Positions 22,821 through 31,581 of a stretch of 57,920 bases of DNA are shown here, piece by piece. The translations under genes and the position numbers were made by a program. The DNA is taken from the NCBI GenBank assembly GCA_018829965.1, contig JAHJTG010000013.1, positions 1 through 57,920 on the forward strand, read 5' to 3'. The notes under the pieces are model-generated. The model did not search any database and had not been told where the DNA came from. It saw only the letters and a list, made by a program, of their open reading frames with translations. The stretch's first letter is position 1; each line of letters opens with the position of its first letter. Origin of the DNA: Patescibacteria group bacterium (lineage in GTDB: Bacteria > Patescibacteriota > Minisyncoccia > Minisyncoccales > Staskawiczbacteraceae).

Positions 22821-23546
22821 ATGCCTTCAAGAGAAGTTCAATTTTATCCAGGAGAATTTTATCATATTTATAATCGTGGCAACGCAAAGCAGGATATTTT
22901 TTATAATGACAGGGATAGATATAGATTTCTTCAAGCAATGTATTTATCAAATAATAGCGATTGTTCTGTTCGGCTAATGGAATTAGAAAAAAATAAAAGC
23001 GGATATACCCTTGCCGATATAAAAAAAGTTTTTAATGAAGGAAAAATTTCTTATAATCCATTGGTTAGAATAAGCGCTGATGTTTTAATGCCTAATCATT
23101 TTCATTTGCTGATTGAGGAACTGCAAGAGAAGGGGATCAGTCGTTTTATGCAGAGGTTGGGAGATAGTTACGGGAAATATTTTACTATAAAATATGATCG
23201 TCCGGGCAGTTTGTTCCAGGGTCGTTTTAAGGCAGTTCATATAAAAAATGACGATCAACTTAGATATTTATTGGCTTATATTAATGCGATAAACCCGGCG
23301 CAATTAATAGAACCAAAAATTAAAGAAAAAGGTATTGAGGATTTCCAAAAAATATTAGAAGGAATAAATAAATATTCATGGGGTACTCATTTTGAATATA
23401 TGGGCAAGAGAGAATCTGCTATTATTGATAAAGGATTATTGGGAAAAATTTTTTCAACTCCAGAAATTTATTACGAATTTATCAAAGAAATTTTACATGG
23501 GAAAGAAGATATGTGGAGCCCCATAGAAGGATTAATGCTTGATTGA
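22821..23546 (+). CDS. IS200/IS605-like HUH Y1 transposase, REP-associated tyrosine transposase (RAYT)-like
   Basis: HUH motif LMPNHFHLLIEE, Tyr motif LAYINAINPA, N-terminal FYHIYNRGN. Confidence 0.75.
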   Translation: MPSREVQFYPGEFYHIYNRGNAKQDIFYNDRDRYRFLQAMYLSNNSDCSVRLMELEKNKSGYTLADIKKVFNEGKISYNPLVRISADVLMPNHFHLLIEELQEKGISRFMQRLGDSYGKYFTIKYDRPGSLFQGRFKAVHIKNDDQLRYLLAYINAINPAQLIEPKIKEKGIEDFQKILEGINKYSWGTHFEYMGKRESAIIDKGLLGKIFSTPEIYYEFIKEILHGKEDMWSPIEGLMLD

Positions 23547-23554
23547 TTGAAAAT

Positions 23555-23670
23555 GGTGTTTCAACACCCGGTGTTGAACACCAGGGAATCAACACCCGGT
23601 GTTGATTGAACGCCCCTCAACACCCGAAACGCTCAACACGAATACTCAACACCCGGTGTTGAACACCCGA
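23555..23670 (+). repeat. REP-like cluster (right of the RAYT gene)
   Basis: TCAACACCCGGTGTTGA at 23561, 23589 and 23646, plus half-sites CAACACCCGAAAC and GAACACCCGAAAA. Confidence 0.85.
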
Positions 23671-23796
23671 AAATTTATAACCGGTACCAATTTTTTTAAC
23701 AAAATACTTGGCTTGACAGAGATTTTTATGGTAAAATATATTAATTATAAGCATATTTTGGGATTAAGAACTCCCAGAAGTTTTATTGCATAAAAA

Positions 23797-26700
23797 ATGT
23801 TGTGGCAGATGAAAAATAAAACAAGCGGGTTTCGTAAATCTGGCTTGTGGAACACCCGGTGTTCCACAAGTGGTAAATCCGCCAGGCTAAAATCTTTTTT
23901 GAGTTCGCTATTAAACGGGATTATAATCGCCGGTATTTTTTCATTTATCTTTTACGCTTTTGCCGCGCCACCCGATAGTCCCTATAATCCAGGAGAAATT
24001 CTTAATCCCAGTTGTGCGCCGGGGGATGCTTATTGTACAGTGCTTACGCCAGCAATTTCTGGTAATAATACTGACATCACCGGCCTAAGAGGACTGAATA
24101 CTCAAGAAGCAATTAAAATTTCGCCTTTTGGAACTTCAACAGGTGAAACAGGAGAAATTAGATTTTTGGAATTATCTGCCGGTGGAACTAATTATATTGG
24201 CTTTAAATCTTCGGATAGTTTAACTGCTAATGTTATTTGGGTTTTGCCGGATGCAGACGGAAGTACAAGTCAAGCTTTAATAACCAATGGCTCAGGTAGT
24301 TTAAGTTGGGGAGACGTTCAAGCTTACGATGCTGATTTAACAACTTACGCGGGAATAACTCCAAGCGCTAATATTCAATCATTTCTTGGTTCAGCCGACT
24401 ATGCTACTGCAAGAACTAATCTCGGAGTTGCTATTGGAAGCAATGTTCAAGCTTACGAAGCAACACTTACAGGGCTCGCTAGCATGCCAGCTACTGTAGG
24501 TTTTGTGAAACAGACAGCAGAAAATGTATTTGGAATAGATGAGAGCGTTTATCTCACTGCTGAAACCGACCCTGTTGTGAAAGCCCTTACTGGCATAATT
24601 AAATCTGATGGTTCTACAATATCCGCAATTACCGACAATTCTTCTAATTGGGACGCGGGATATACTTATCGTCTCATTTCTGCCAGCGGAACTTCTCCTT
24701 TAACCTTAACTTTAGCGAGCAATGGATTAACAGGGAGCATAGCCGATGCTACCGCTTCAACAAAAGGAATTGCATCGTTCAATTCCACAAACTTTTCTGT
24801 AGCTTCTGGCGCGGTAAATACGATACAGGATATAGCGACAACTTCTAGCCCTACTTTTGCAGGACTGACTTTAAGCGCCGCAAACATTGTAACCGACACG
24901 ACAACAGGAACAAAAATAGGAACAGCAACTGACCAGAAGCTCGGGTTTTTCAACGCTACTCCTGTTATTCAGCCGACAAGCACCACTGAACTAAGACAAG
25001 CTTTAATTGATCTGGGGTTATACGCTTCAGGCGGAGCAACTCCGCTTAATTTAAATGGCGGGGCGTTTACCACCACAGGCACTCTCGGAGCAGGGGCGAT
25101 AACAGGGACTTCTCTGAGTGCTGGTTCTGGAACACTTACCGCGGGGATAGGAACATTAACAAGCCTTAATCTTACGGCAGATACCAATCAGATAGTTTTA
25201 GATTCCGATGGGACATATACCACTACCCTTACAGGTGGTGCAACTGGTTCATCTAAAATTATTACTTTTCCCGATATTACTGGGACCGTTGCCCTTACTA
25301 CAGGAGCAGGTGGTTTATCTTCTTATCTACCACTTGTAGGTGGCACTATGGCAGGAGATATTTTACTTACGGGAACAGTAAATCTTGGTGCTACTGGAAG
25401 CCGTTTTACTAATATATGGGGAACGACCATAACAGGGACTTCTCTTACCGACGGCACAGCAACTTTATCAGGGGGAAACCTAACTGGTATGGGTGATATT
25501 ACAGGAACGGATATTGACTTATCTTTAGGCACTGGTGATATTTTAACCTCTGGGACTTTAGGTGCAGGGGCTACTACTTTAACAGGTGATTTGATTGTAG
25601 ACGAACATAGCGTTTATATAAATAGTGCTTTGGGGGACGAAATTGCACCTGCACTTGAAGCCGCTAATTGGACTTTAGGTGCTATGTGGTCAGCAGGAGC
25701 AGGACAATTAGTAAGAACTTTCATTTATCCCGCATCAAGCACAGCAACCCCGTCAGGAACTTTTACGATTACAGCAGGTCATCTTTATAAAGTTACAATT
25801 ACCGCCTCTGCAGTTAGCGGAACAATTACTTATACGCTTGGTGGTGTGTCGGGAACGGCTATCACAGCAACGACAATTACAGATTATATAACAGCCACAA
25901 CTACTGGTAAGATAATCTTTACAGGTGCACCATCGGCTACTTGCACGATAACTTCTGTAAGTGTTAAAGAGGTTACTACTGATGGTGATTTGACGGTTCA
26001 GGGAGATGCGTCTATTTGGGGTGATTTGACAATTACGGGCACGGTTCTAGATGTAGCGAAAATTGAGAGAGCTTATATAGGAACATCTGGTTATGACTTG
26101 CCGTCAGCTACAAGTTATTTCACAGTAGCACATGAAGGTTCTGGATTTATTAAAATGGCTGGTTTTACAAACGTTGCGGAAAGTGGCACTGCTATTCGTG
26201 CTATGAGAGGACGAGGAACGATAGCATCTCCAGCAGTTGTCGCTGAGAATGATAGAATGTTTGCGTTTCAAGCGGGTGCTTTGGATTCCGACCTTGCCGA
26301 GAACTTTCCCGCACAAATGGCTTTTTATGTTGATGGTGCTGTTAGTGCTGGGAATATCCCCACAAGGTTTTCTATCAGCACAGGATATTCAGCAGGAACA
26401 AGAACAGAATATTTAATAGTAAAATCATCAGGTGATGTATGGTTGCCCGTAGATGACCAAGAATTATTATTTGGCACGGCACACGACTTTGGAATAACCT
26501 TTAACGGAAGTGGTGGTGTAATTCAATCTGATTTAGTAACCGCAACCGACTACTTACAACTGCGTGGCGGGACAAATGGGATAGATTTTAATATAGGGGC
26601 AACGGAACAGATAAGTTTAATTGATGGTGTATTGCAACCCACAACTACAAATGATATAGATTTAGGAACTTCCTCGTTGCTTTACAAAGATATTTGGGAA

Positions 26701-28143
26701 ACAGGGAATCATTATTTTAGGGATAGTGCTATTTATATCGCAAGTTTAGATGATGGACACCTTGACTTGACGGCGGATGTTAGTATTGATTTGAATGGGG
26801 TAGTTATGCTCGGAACTTTAGGAGTCACCGATACCGCTACTCATCTTTGTAGAAATAGCAGTAATCAAATCGCTGGTTGTAGCGCCGATATTTCAGAATA
26901 TGCGCCGACAGCAGATGATGTTGGAGCTGGCGATATCGTAATGGTAAGCAAAGACAAGGAAAATCCAATTGAAGACCCGACCACTCCTTTCTTATTAGAA
27001 AAATCTTCTGAAAAAAATCAAAAAGAAATTATAGGGGTGATAGCGGATATTGCTGGCGGCGCATCAATTGGAGAGAAGAAAGGGGAACATTACAAACCAT
27101 TGGTTTTAGTTGGAAGGGTGCCTGTTAAAGTATGTGGAGAGAACGGCGCCATTGAACGGGGCGATTATCTTACTTCTTCTTCAATCCCGGGAGTAGCAAT
27201 GAAGGCAATAGAGCAAGGTTCAGTTATAGGAAAAGCATTAGAGAGCTATAACGGATCAGAGGTTGGTAATATTATGACTTTTGTTAATCTCGGTTGGTAT
27301 GGAGGAGAGATTGTTGGAAGCGGTTCTTTGGCGGATGTGGGAATTGAAGACAATGTAAGCCTTATTCAGAGAATAAAAGATATCTTTGTCTCATTGGGTG
27401 TCGCGATTGAAAACGGCGTAATGACCTTAAAAGAAATAATTGCTGATAAACTTACGGTCAAAGTCGCTAAAATAGAAAAATTGGAAATGGTTGATGGCAC
27501 GACCGGCGAAATTTACTGTACCTGGATTGAAAATGGAGAATGGCAGAAGGTAAAAGGAGAGTGCGGAATAGAGCAATCTCCGGTGCCAGAAGTTTGCGAT
27601 TCAAACCATCTGAATTTATGCCAAAATGAAACAGATTGCACAGTTGCCAGTGGTCATTGGTATAATGAAGTTTGCAATAATGAGCAACAAAATGATGGCG
27701 GTCAAGAACCTGTGGCGGTTTGCGATATTGATAATTTGAATCTGTGTTTGATTCAAACTGATTGTGAGGCTAATGTCGGCTATTGGTACAACGAAATTTG
27801 TAATAGCGAACAACAGGTGGTAGTTTGTGTCCCTGGCTGGCAATGTAGTGAATGGCAGCTGACTGCGGACACTGTTGCTTGCAATGAAACTTTTACTCAA
27901 ATTCGAATCTGCGCTGATTTAAATAATTGCGGCTCTGATGAAGGGAAACCAACCGAACAACAAGAAGCCGTTGGAATTCAAAATTGTCAGACCGGATTTG
28001 AGCCTGAACCTGAACCCGAGCCTGAACCTGAACCGACACCCGAACCCCCGCCTTCGCCAGAGGCTACGGCGGGCGAACCAGAACCCCTGAACCAGAACCC
28101 GAGCCTGAATCTGAGCCCGTTGAAACACCATAATAATTTTTAA
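23797..28143 (+). CDS. Giant (1448-aa) N-terminally anchored surface protein with Thr/Gly-rich fibre-like repeats, Cys-rich modules and an (EP)n tail
   Basis: Long uninterrupted ORF with a TM span at residues ~35-55, TGT/GTL-rich beta-like repeats, and duplicated CD..NLNLC..TDC..G.WYNE.CN modules. The start is uncertain because a REP copy lies in codons 18-24. Confidence 0.7.
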   Translation: MLWQMKNKTSGFRKSGLWNTRCSTSGKSARLKSFLSSLLNGIIIAGIFSFIFYAFAAPPDSPYNPGEILNPSCAPGDAYCTVLTPAISGNNTDITGLRGLNTQEAIKISPFGTSTGETGEIRFLELSAGGTNYIGFKSSDSLTANVIWVLPDADGSTSQALITNGSGSLSWGDVQAYDADLTTYAGITPSANIQSFLGSADYATARTNLGVAIGSNVQAYEATLTGLASMPATVGFVKQTAENVFGIDESVYLTAETDPVVKALTGIIKSDGSTISAITDNSSNWDAGYTYRLISASGTSPLTLTLASNGLTGSIADATASTKGIASFNSTNFSVASGAVNTIQDIATTSSPTFAGLTLSAANIVTDTTTGTKIGTATDQKLGFFNATPVIQPTSTTELRQALIDLGLYASGGATPLNLNGGAFTTTGTLGAGAITGTSLSAGSGTLTAGIGTLTSLNLTADTNQIVLDSDGTYTTTLTGGATGSSKIITFPDITGTVALTTGAGGLSSYLPLVGGTMAGDILLTGTVNLGATGSRFTNIWGTTITGTSLTDGTATLSGGNLTGMGDITGTDIDLSLGTGDILTSGTLGAGATTLTGDLIVDEHSVYINSALGDEIAPALEAANWTLGAMWSAGAGQLVRTFIYPASSTATPSGTFTITAGHLYKVTITASAVSGTITYTLGGVSGTAITATTITDYITATTTGKIIFTGAPSATCTITSVSVKEVTTDGDLTVQGDASIWGDLTITGTVLDVAKIERAYIGTSGYDLPSATSYFTVAHEGSGFIKMAGFTNVAESGTAIRAMRGRGTIASPAVVAENDRMFAFQAGALDSDLAENFPAQMAFYVDGAVSAGNIPTRFSISTGYSAGTRTEYLIVKSSGDVWLPVDDQELLFGTAHDFGITFNGSGGVIQSDLVTATDYLQLRGGTNGIDFNIGATEQISLIDGVLQPTTTNDIDLGTSSLLYKDIWETGNHYFRDSAIYIASLDDGHLDLTADVSIDLNGVVMLGTLGVTDTATHLCRNSSNQIAGCSADISEYAPTADDVGAGDIVMVSKDKENPIEDPTTPFLLEKSSEKNQKEIIGVIADIAGGASIGEKKGEHYKPLVLVGRVPVKVCGENGAIERGDYLTSSSIPGVAMKAIEQGSVIGKALESYNGSEVGNIMTFVNLGWYGGEIVGSGSLADVGIEDNVSLIQRIKDIFVSLGVAIENGVMTLKEIIADKLTVKVAKIEKLEMVDGTTGEIYCTWIENGEWQKVKGECGIEQSPVPEVCDSNHLNLCQNETDCTVASGHWYNEVCNNEQQNDGGQEPVAVCDIDNLNLCLIQTDCEANVGYWYNEICNSEQQVVVCVPGWQCSEWQLTADTVACNETFTQIRICADLNNCGSDEGKPTEQQEAVGIQNCQTGFEPEPEPEPEPEPTPEPPPSPEATAGEPEPLNQNPSLNLSPLKHHNNF
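23848..23866 (+). repeat. REP-like copy inside the annotated 5' end of the giant gene
   Basis: TGGAACACCCGGTGTTCCA, translated LWNTRCS. Confidence 0.8.
28046..28075 (+). repeat. Short GC element family GCI-3 (in the giant gene tail)
   Basis: CCCCGCCTTCGCCAGAGGCTACGGCGGGCG, translated PPSPEATAGE. Confidence 0.6.
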
Positions 28144-28190
28144 CTAAAATAGCTATTACAAAAATCGTAATTTTATGTTAAAATAACAGT

Positions 28191-28505
28191 ATGAAAACGC
28201 TCCAAAAAACCTCTCTTTCAAATTTAAAGAAGTATTTTTGGGAAGTGGATGCCGATAAACTTGATTTTAAAAAATATCCAGAATATGTTATTTCTCGGGT
28301 TTTGGAATATGGCGACGAAACGGCAGTAAGATGGTTATTTAAGAATTTTAAAAAACCATATTTAAAAAGAGCATTAATTAAAAGACGAGACATTTCAGCT
28401 AAAACCGGTAATTATTGGGGATTAATTTTGGGTATTCCTAAAAATAGGATTTTATGTTTGAAGAAACAATCTCGAAACAAACAAAAGAAAACCTGGAAAT
28501 TTTAG
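28191..28505 (+). CDS. Small partner protein of the AbiEii-like gene (putative antitoxin, DUF6922-like)
   Basis: KYFWEVDADKLDFKKYPEYVISRVLEYGDETAVRWL pattern. Overlaps the downstream NTase-like gene by 52 nt. Confidence 0.45.
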   Translation: MKTLQKTSLSNLKKYFWEVDADKLDFKKYPEYVISRVLEYGDETAVRWLFKNFKKPYLKRALIKRRDISAKTGNYWGLILGIPKNRILCLKKQSRNKQKKTWKF

Positions 28506-29095
28506 GAAAGTTAAAGGTATTAAAGGATGCTTATCTCGCCGGCGGCACTGCCTTGGCTTTGCAAATAGGCCATAGGGTTTCTTACGACCTCGATTTTTTT
28601 ACTGACAAGAAATTTCAGGCCCAGATTTTTTTAAAAAAAATTAGCCAGATTAAATCATATCGTCACGAACTGATTGAATGGGGAACAATATTGGGAAAAT
28701 TGGGTAATGTAAAATTTAGCGTTTTTTATTATGATTATCCATTATTAAAAAAAACAATCCAATTTAAAAATATCAATATAGCCAGTATCAATGATATAGC
28801 CGCCATGAAAATAGCGGCAATTAGTGAAAGGGGCGCAAAAAGAGATTTTATAGATTTATATTTTATTCTCCAAAAATTTACTCTTCCTGAAATACTTGAT
28901 TTTTATAATCAAAAATACAAAAAATTGTCCTCCAATCTGATTCATATAAAGAAAAGTTTAGTTTATTTTAATGATGCTGAAGAAGAAGAAATGCCGAAGA
29001 TGTTAAAACGAATTTCTTGGAATGAGGTAAAATTATTTTTCCAAAAAGAAATAACCAAATGCGCGGCTTATGAATTATTAATTAAGAAAATTTAA
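28454..29095 (+). CDS. Nucleotidyltransferase AbiEii/AbiGii-like toxin family protein
   Basis: YLAGGTALALQIGHRVSYDLDFF and AAMKIAAISERGAKRDFIDLYFIL motifs. Confidence 0.6.
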   Translation: MFEETISKQTKENLEILGKLKVLKDAYLAGGTALALQIGHRVSYDLDFFTDKKFQAQIFLKKISQIKSYRHELIEWGTILGKLGNVKFSVFYYDYPLLKKTIQFKNINIASINDIAAMKIAAISERGAKRDFIDLYFILQKFTLPEILDFYNQKYKKLSSNLIHIKKSLVYFNDAEEEEMPKMLKRISWNEVKLFFQKEITKCAAYELLIKKI

Positions 29096-29109
29096 AAATT
29101 ATAAAAACT

Positions 29110-31440
29110 ATGCCAAAAAATTCATCTTCCGTGATAAGCGTTTGCGAAAAAATTTCAAAAATCAGCGTCTATTTACTTGTTTTTTTATTGCCTATTTTCT
29201 TTTTACCTTTAACTGTTAGTCCATTAGAAATCAACAAACAGATGCTGGCTTTAATTTTGGTTTTTATTGCTTTCCTTTGCTACCTTATCCGTTCTATTAA
29301 TAGTCGGACTATTTCTTATCCTAAAAACCTTTTAGGTTTAGCAGTTTTGTCTCTTTTAATAGTAACAGGCATAAGCGCTATTTTTTCTAGAGCTCGGGGA
29401 GTTAGTTTTTTCGGAAATTTCGTTCAAGTTGACACTTTTTTATGCTTTATTATCTATGGCTTAGTTTTCTTTTTAGCCGCAGTTTTATTTAAAAAAGAAG
29501 ATTTTTCAAAAATTGGTCTCTGTTCTTTGGGTGGTTTTGTTTTATTGATGATTTTTGGCTTGTTTCAAATTTTCGGTAAGTTTATTTTACCTTTTGCTTT
29601 CACTCATTTTATTAATTTCAATACTATCGGATCAGTCGTCAGCTGGGGCATTTTTATTACTCTTGGCTTAGTAACAATTATAACGGTTTTGACCAATTTT
29701 AAACTTTCCAAGTTCTTAAAAATTATTTTATTTTTAGTCGGTCTTTTAACGGCAATAGTTCTATTTTTACTTAATTATCAATTGATTTGGGTTGAGTTAG
29801 TTTTGATAATGTTCTTACTTATGGTTTTGCGATTTGCGTCAAAGACGGATATAAATTTGCCTTTAATAATTCTTACTGTTTCTCTGCTTTTTATTTTTAT
29901 CAATCAACAATTGCCGTCTTTGATAACAATGCCGGTAGAGCTGCGTCCCAATCTTAGTACTACTTTAACAGTGGCTAAGGATGTTTTATCCGGTAATTCC
30001 TCACCGAATATTTTATATGGGGCAAAACAATTTATAGTTGGTTCTGGTCCCGCCACTTTTGGTTTTTACTATTCTCGTTTTAGACCCGCGGATTTAAACC
30101 AAACTAATTTTTGGTCAGTAAGATTTAATCAGGGCTTCAGTTTTTTAACTACTCTTTTATCAACTTTAGGTATTTTGGGGCTCGGCGCTATCATTTTCTT
30201 GCTCGTTTCTTTTATTCTAAAATTGTTGAAAGATTGGAAACCTCAAAAAAATTTAGTTATTTTTATCGGCGTAAGCTTTCTGTTTATTAGTTTGTTTTTC
30301 TATCAGGCCTCTTTCAGCCAAATGGTTTTTATCTTTCTTGGTTTGGGTCTTTTGTCTATTAATTCTATTCAGAGCTTCAATATGGAGTTTTATTCAACTA
30401 ATAAATGGCAGAATATCAGAAGCTTTATGGTTTTTCTGGGAATTATTATTTTATTGAGTCTTTCTTTGTTCTTTATTTATTTAGCAAGTTTAAAATATAC
30501 AGCTGCTATTTATTACGAAGCTGGAACAAAAAGCGCCTCTTTAGCACAAGTAGCGGGCTATTTAGAAAAAGCTGTGAAATTAAACCCTCAATCAGATTTG
30601 TATTTGCGGGTTCTTAGCCAAGCACGACTTAGCCAGGCCAATGAGTTAACTAACACTGCTAATCAGCAAAATATTAAAGATGCGCAAGTCCAGTTCCAGA
30701 ATCTTATTGCTTATGCTATTAATGCCGGTCTTCGGGCAACAGAAATTAATCCGATAGATTCTGTAAATTGGTCTAATTTGGGTAGCGTTTATGAAAGTAT
30801 TATTCCAATGAATGGGGCAGAAGCTTTTGCTGAAACTAGCTATATTAAAGTAATGGAGCTTGACCCAAAAAACCCCCAATATCTTGTTGATTTAGCCCGG
30901 GTTTTAATAATTTCTGCTGACCAAGAAACCGATAAGAGTAAAGATAATAAAGCTTGGCAAGAAAAATTAGACAAAGCTAAAACCGCCTTAGATAAATCCA
31001 TTAAGCTCAAATCAGATTATGCGCCTGCTCATTTTTTAATTTCTCAAATTTATGTGCGCGAAGGCGAGCTTCAGAAAGCTATTGGAAAAGTTAATGAACT
31101 TACGATTACTAATCCGCAAGATTCCGGGTTGGCTTTTCAACTAGGTTTGCTTTATTACCAAGACGATCAGCTGGATGGGGCCCAAAATGAATTCGAGAGA
31201 GCAATTAGTTTGAATGAAAATTATTCAAACGCCCGCTATTTTTTAGGATTAATATTTAGCAAGAAAGGGCAGAAAGAAGCAGCCATCGTTCAGTTTGAAG
31301 AGATTGAAAAACTTAATCCTGAGAACGAGGAAATAAATAAAATTCTTAATAATCTGCGTTCTGGCAAAGCCGCTTTGGAGGGGGTTGTTCCGCCAGCTGA
31401 ATCACCGGCTAAACGTACTGAAACGCCTGTTTCGGATTAA
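29110..31440 (+). CDS. Polytopic O-antigen-ligase-like membrane protein fused to C-terminal TPR repeats
   Basis: About 12 TM spans, then TPR-like units (AISLNENYSNARYFLGLIFSKKGQKEAAIVQFEEIEKLNPENEE). Confidence 0.6.
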   Translation: MPKNSSSVISVCEKISKISVYLLVFLLPIFFLPLTVSPLEINKQMLALILVFIAFLCYLIRSINSRTISYPKNLLGLAVLSLLIVTGISAIFSRARGVSFFGNFVQVDTFLCFIIYGLVFFLAAVLFKKEDFSKIGLCSLGGFVLLMIFGLFQIFGKFILPFAFTHFINFNTIGSVVSWGIFITLGLVTIITVLTNFKLSKFLKIILFLVGLLTAIVLFLLNYQLIWVELVLIMFLLMVLRFASKTDINLPLIILTVSLLFIFINQQLPSLITMPVELRPNLSTTLTVAKDVLSGNSSPNILYGAKQFIVGSGPATFGFYYSRFRPADLNQTNFWSVRFNQGFSFLTTLLSTLGILGLGAIIFLLVSFILKLLKDWKPQKNLVIFIGVSFLFISLFFYQASFSQMVFIFLGLGLLSINSIQSFNMEFYSTNKWQNIRSFMVFLGIIILLSLSLFFIYLASLKYTAAIYYEAGTKSASLAQVAGYLEKAVKLNPQSDLYLRVLSQARLSQANELTNTANQQNIKDAQVQFQNLIAYAINAGLRATEINPIDSVNWSNLGSVYESIIPMNGAEAFAETSYIKVMELDPKNPQYLVDLARVLIISADQETDKSKDNKAWQEKLDKAKTALDKSIKLKSDYAPAHFLISQIYVREGELQKAIGKVNELTITNPQDSGLAFQLGLLYYQDDQLDGAQNEFERAISLNENYSNARYFLGLIFSKKGQKEAAIVQFEEIEKLNPENEEINKILNNLRSGKAALEGVVPPAESPAKRTETPVSD

Positions 31441-31448
31441 CGAGAAAG

Positions 31449-31500
31449 CGGTGTTCAACACCCGGTGTTGCGGAGTGGTGCGTTCAACACCCGGTGTTGC
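31449..31500 (+). repeat. REP-like pair
   Basis: CAACACCCGGTGTTG at 31456 and 31485, both preceded by GTGTT/GCGTT. Confidence 0.85.
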
Positions 31501-31581
31501 AGGGTTTAGGATTTAGAGGAAAACATTTAATGGAAAACGTGGAACGAAAAATTTTAAAATCATTTAATAGAAATCAGTAAA

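Larger units (their letters stand above)
22637..23670 (+). mobile_element. REPtron-like unit: RAYT/IS200-like HUH transposase gene flanked by clusters of the AACACCCGGTGTT palindrome
   Basis: Three full and several degenerate motif copies on each side of the HUH-Y1 gene. Confidence 0.65.

Noticed and set aside
23599-23793. ORFs made of REP clusters and other repeat spacers (23599-23793, 35636-35827, 35725-35916, 38545-38817, 38795-39001, 40814-41008, 45610-45807, 51445-51801, 53940-54164, 6784-7014, 7521-7730, 18901-19128, 22768-22950).
   Set aside because: Their sequences are translations of palindromic repeats or spacers and often overlap real genes. There is no coding signal.
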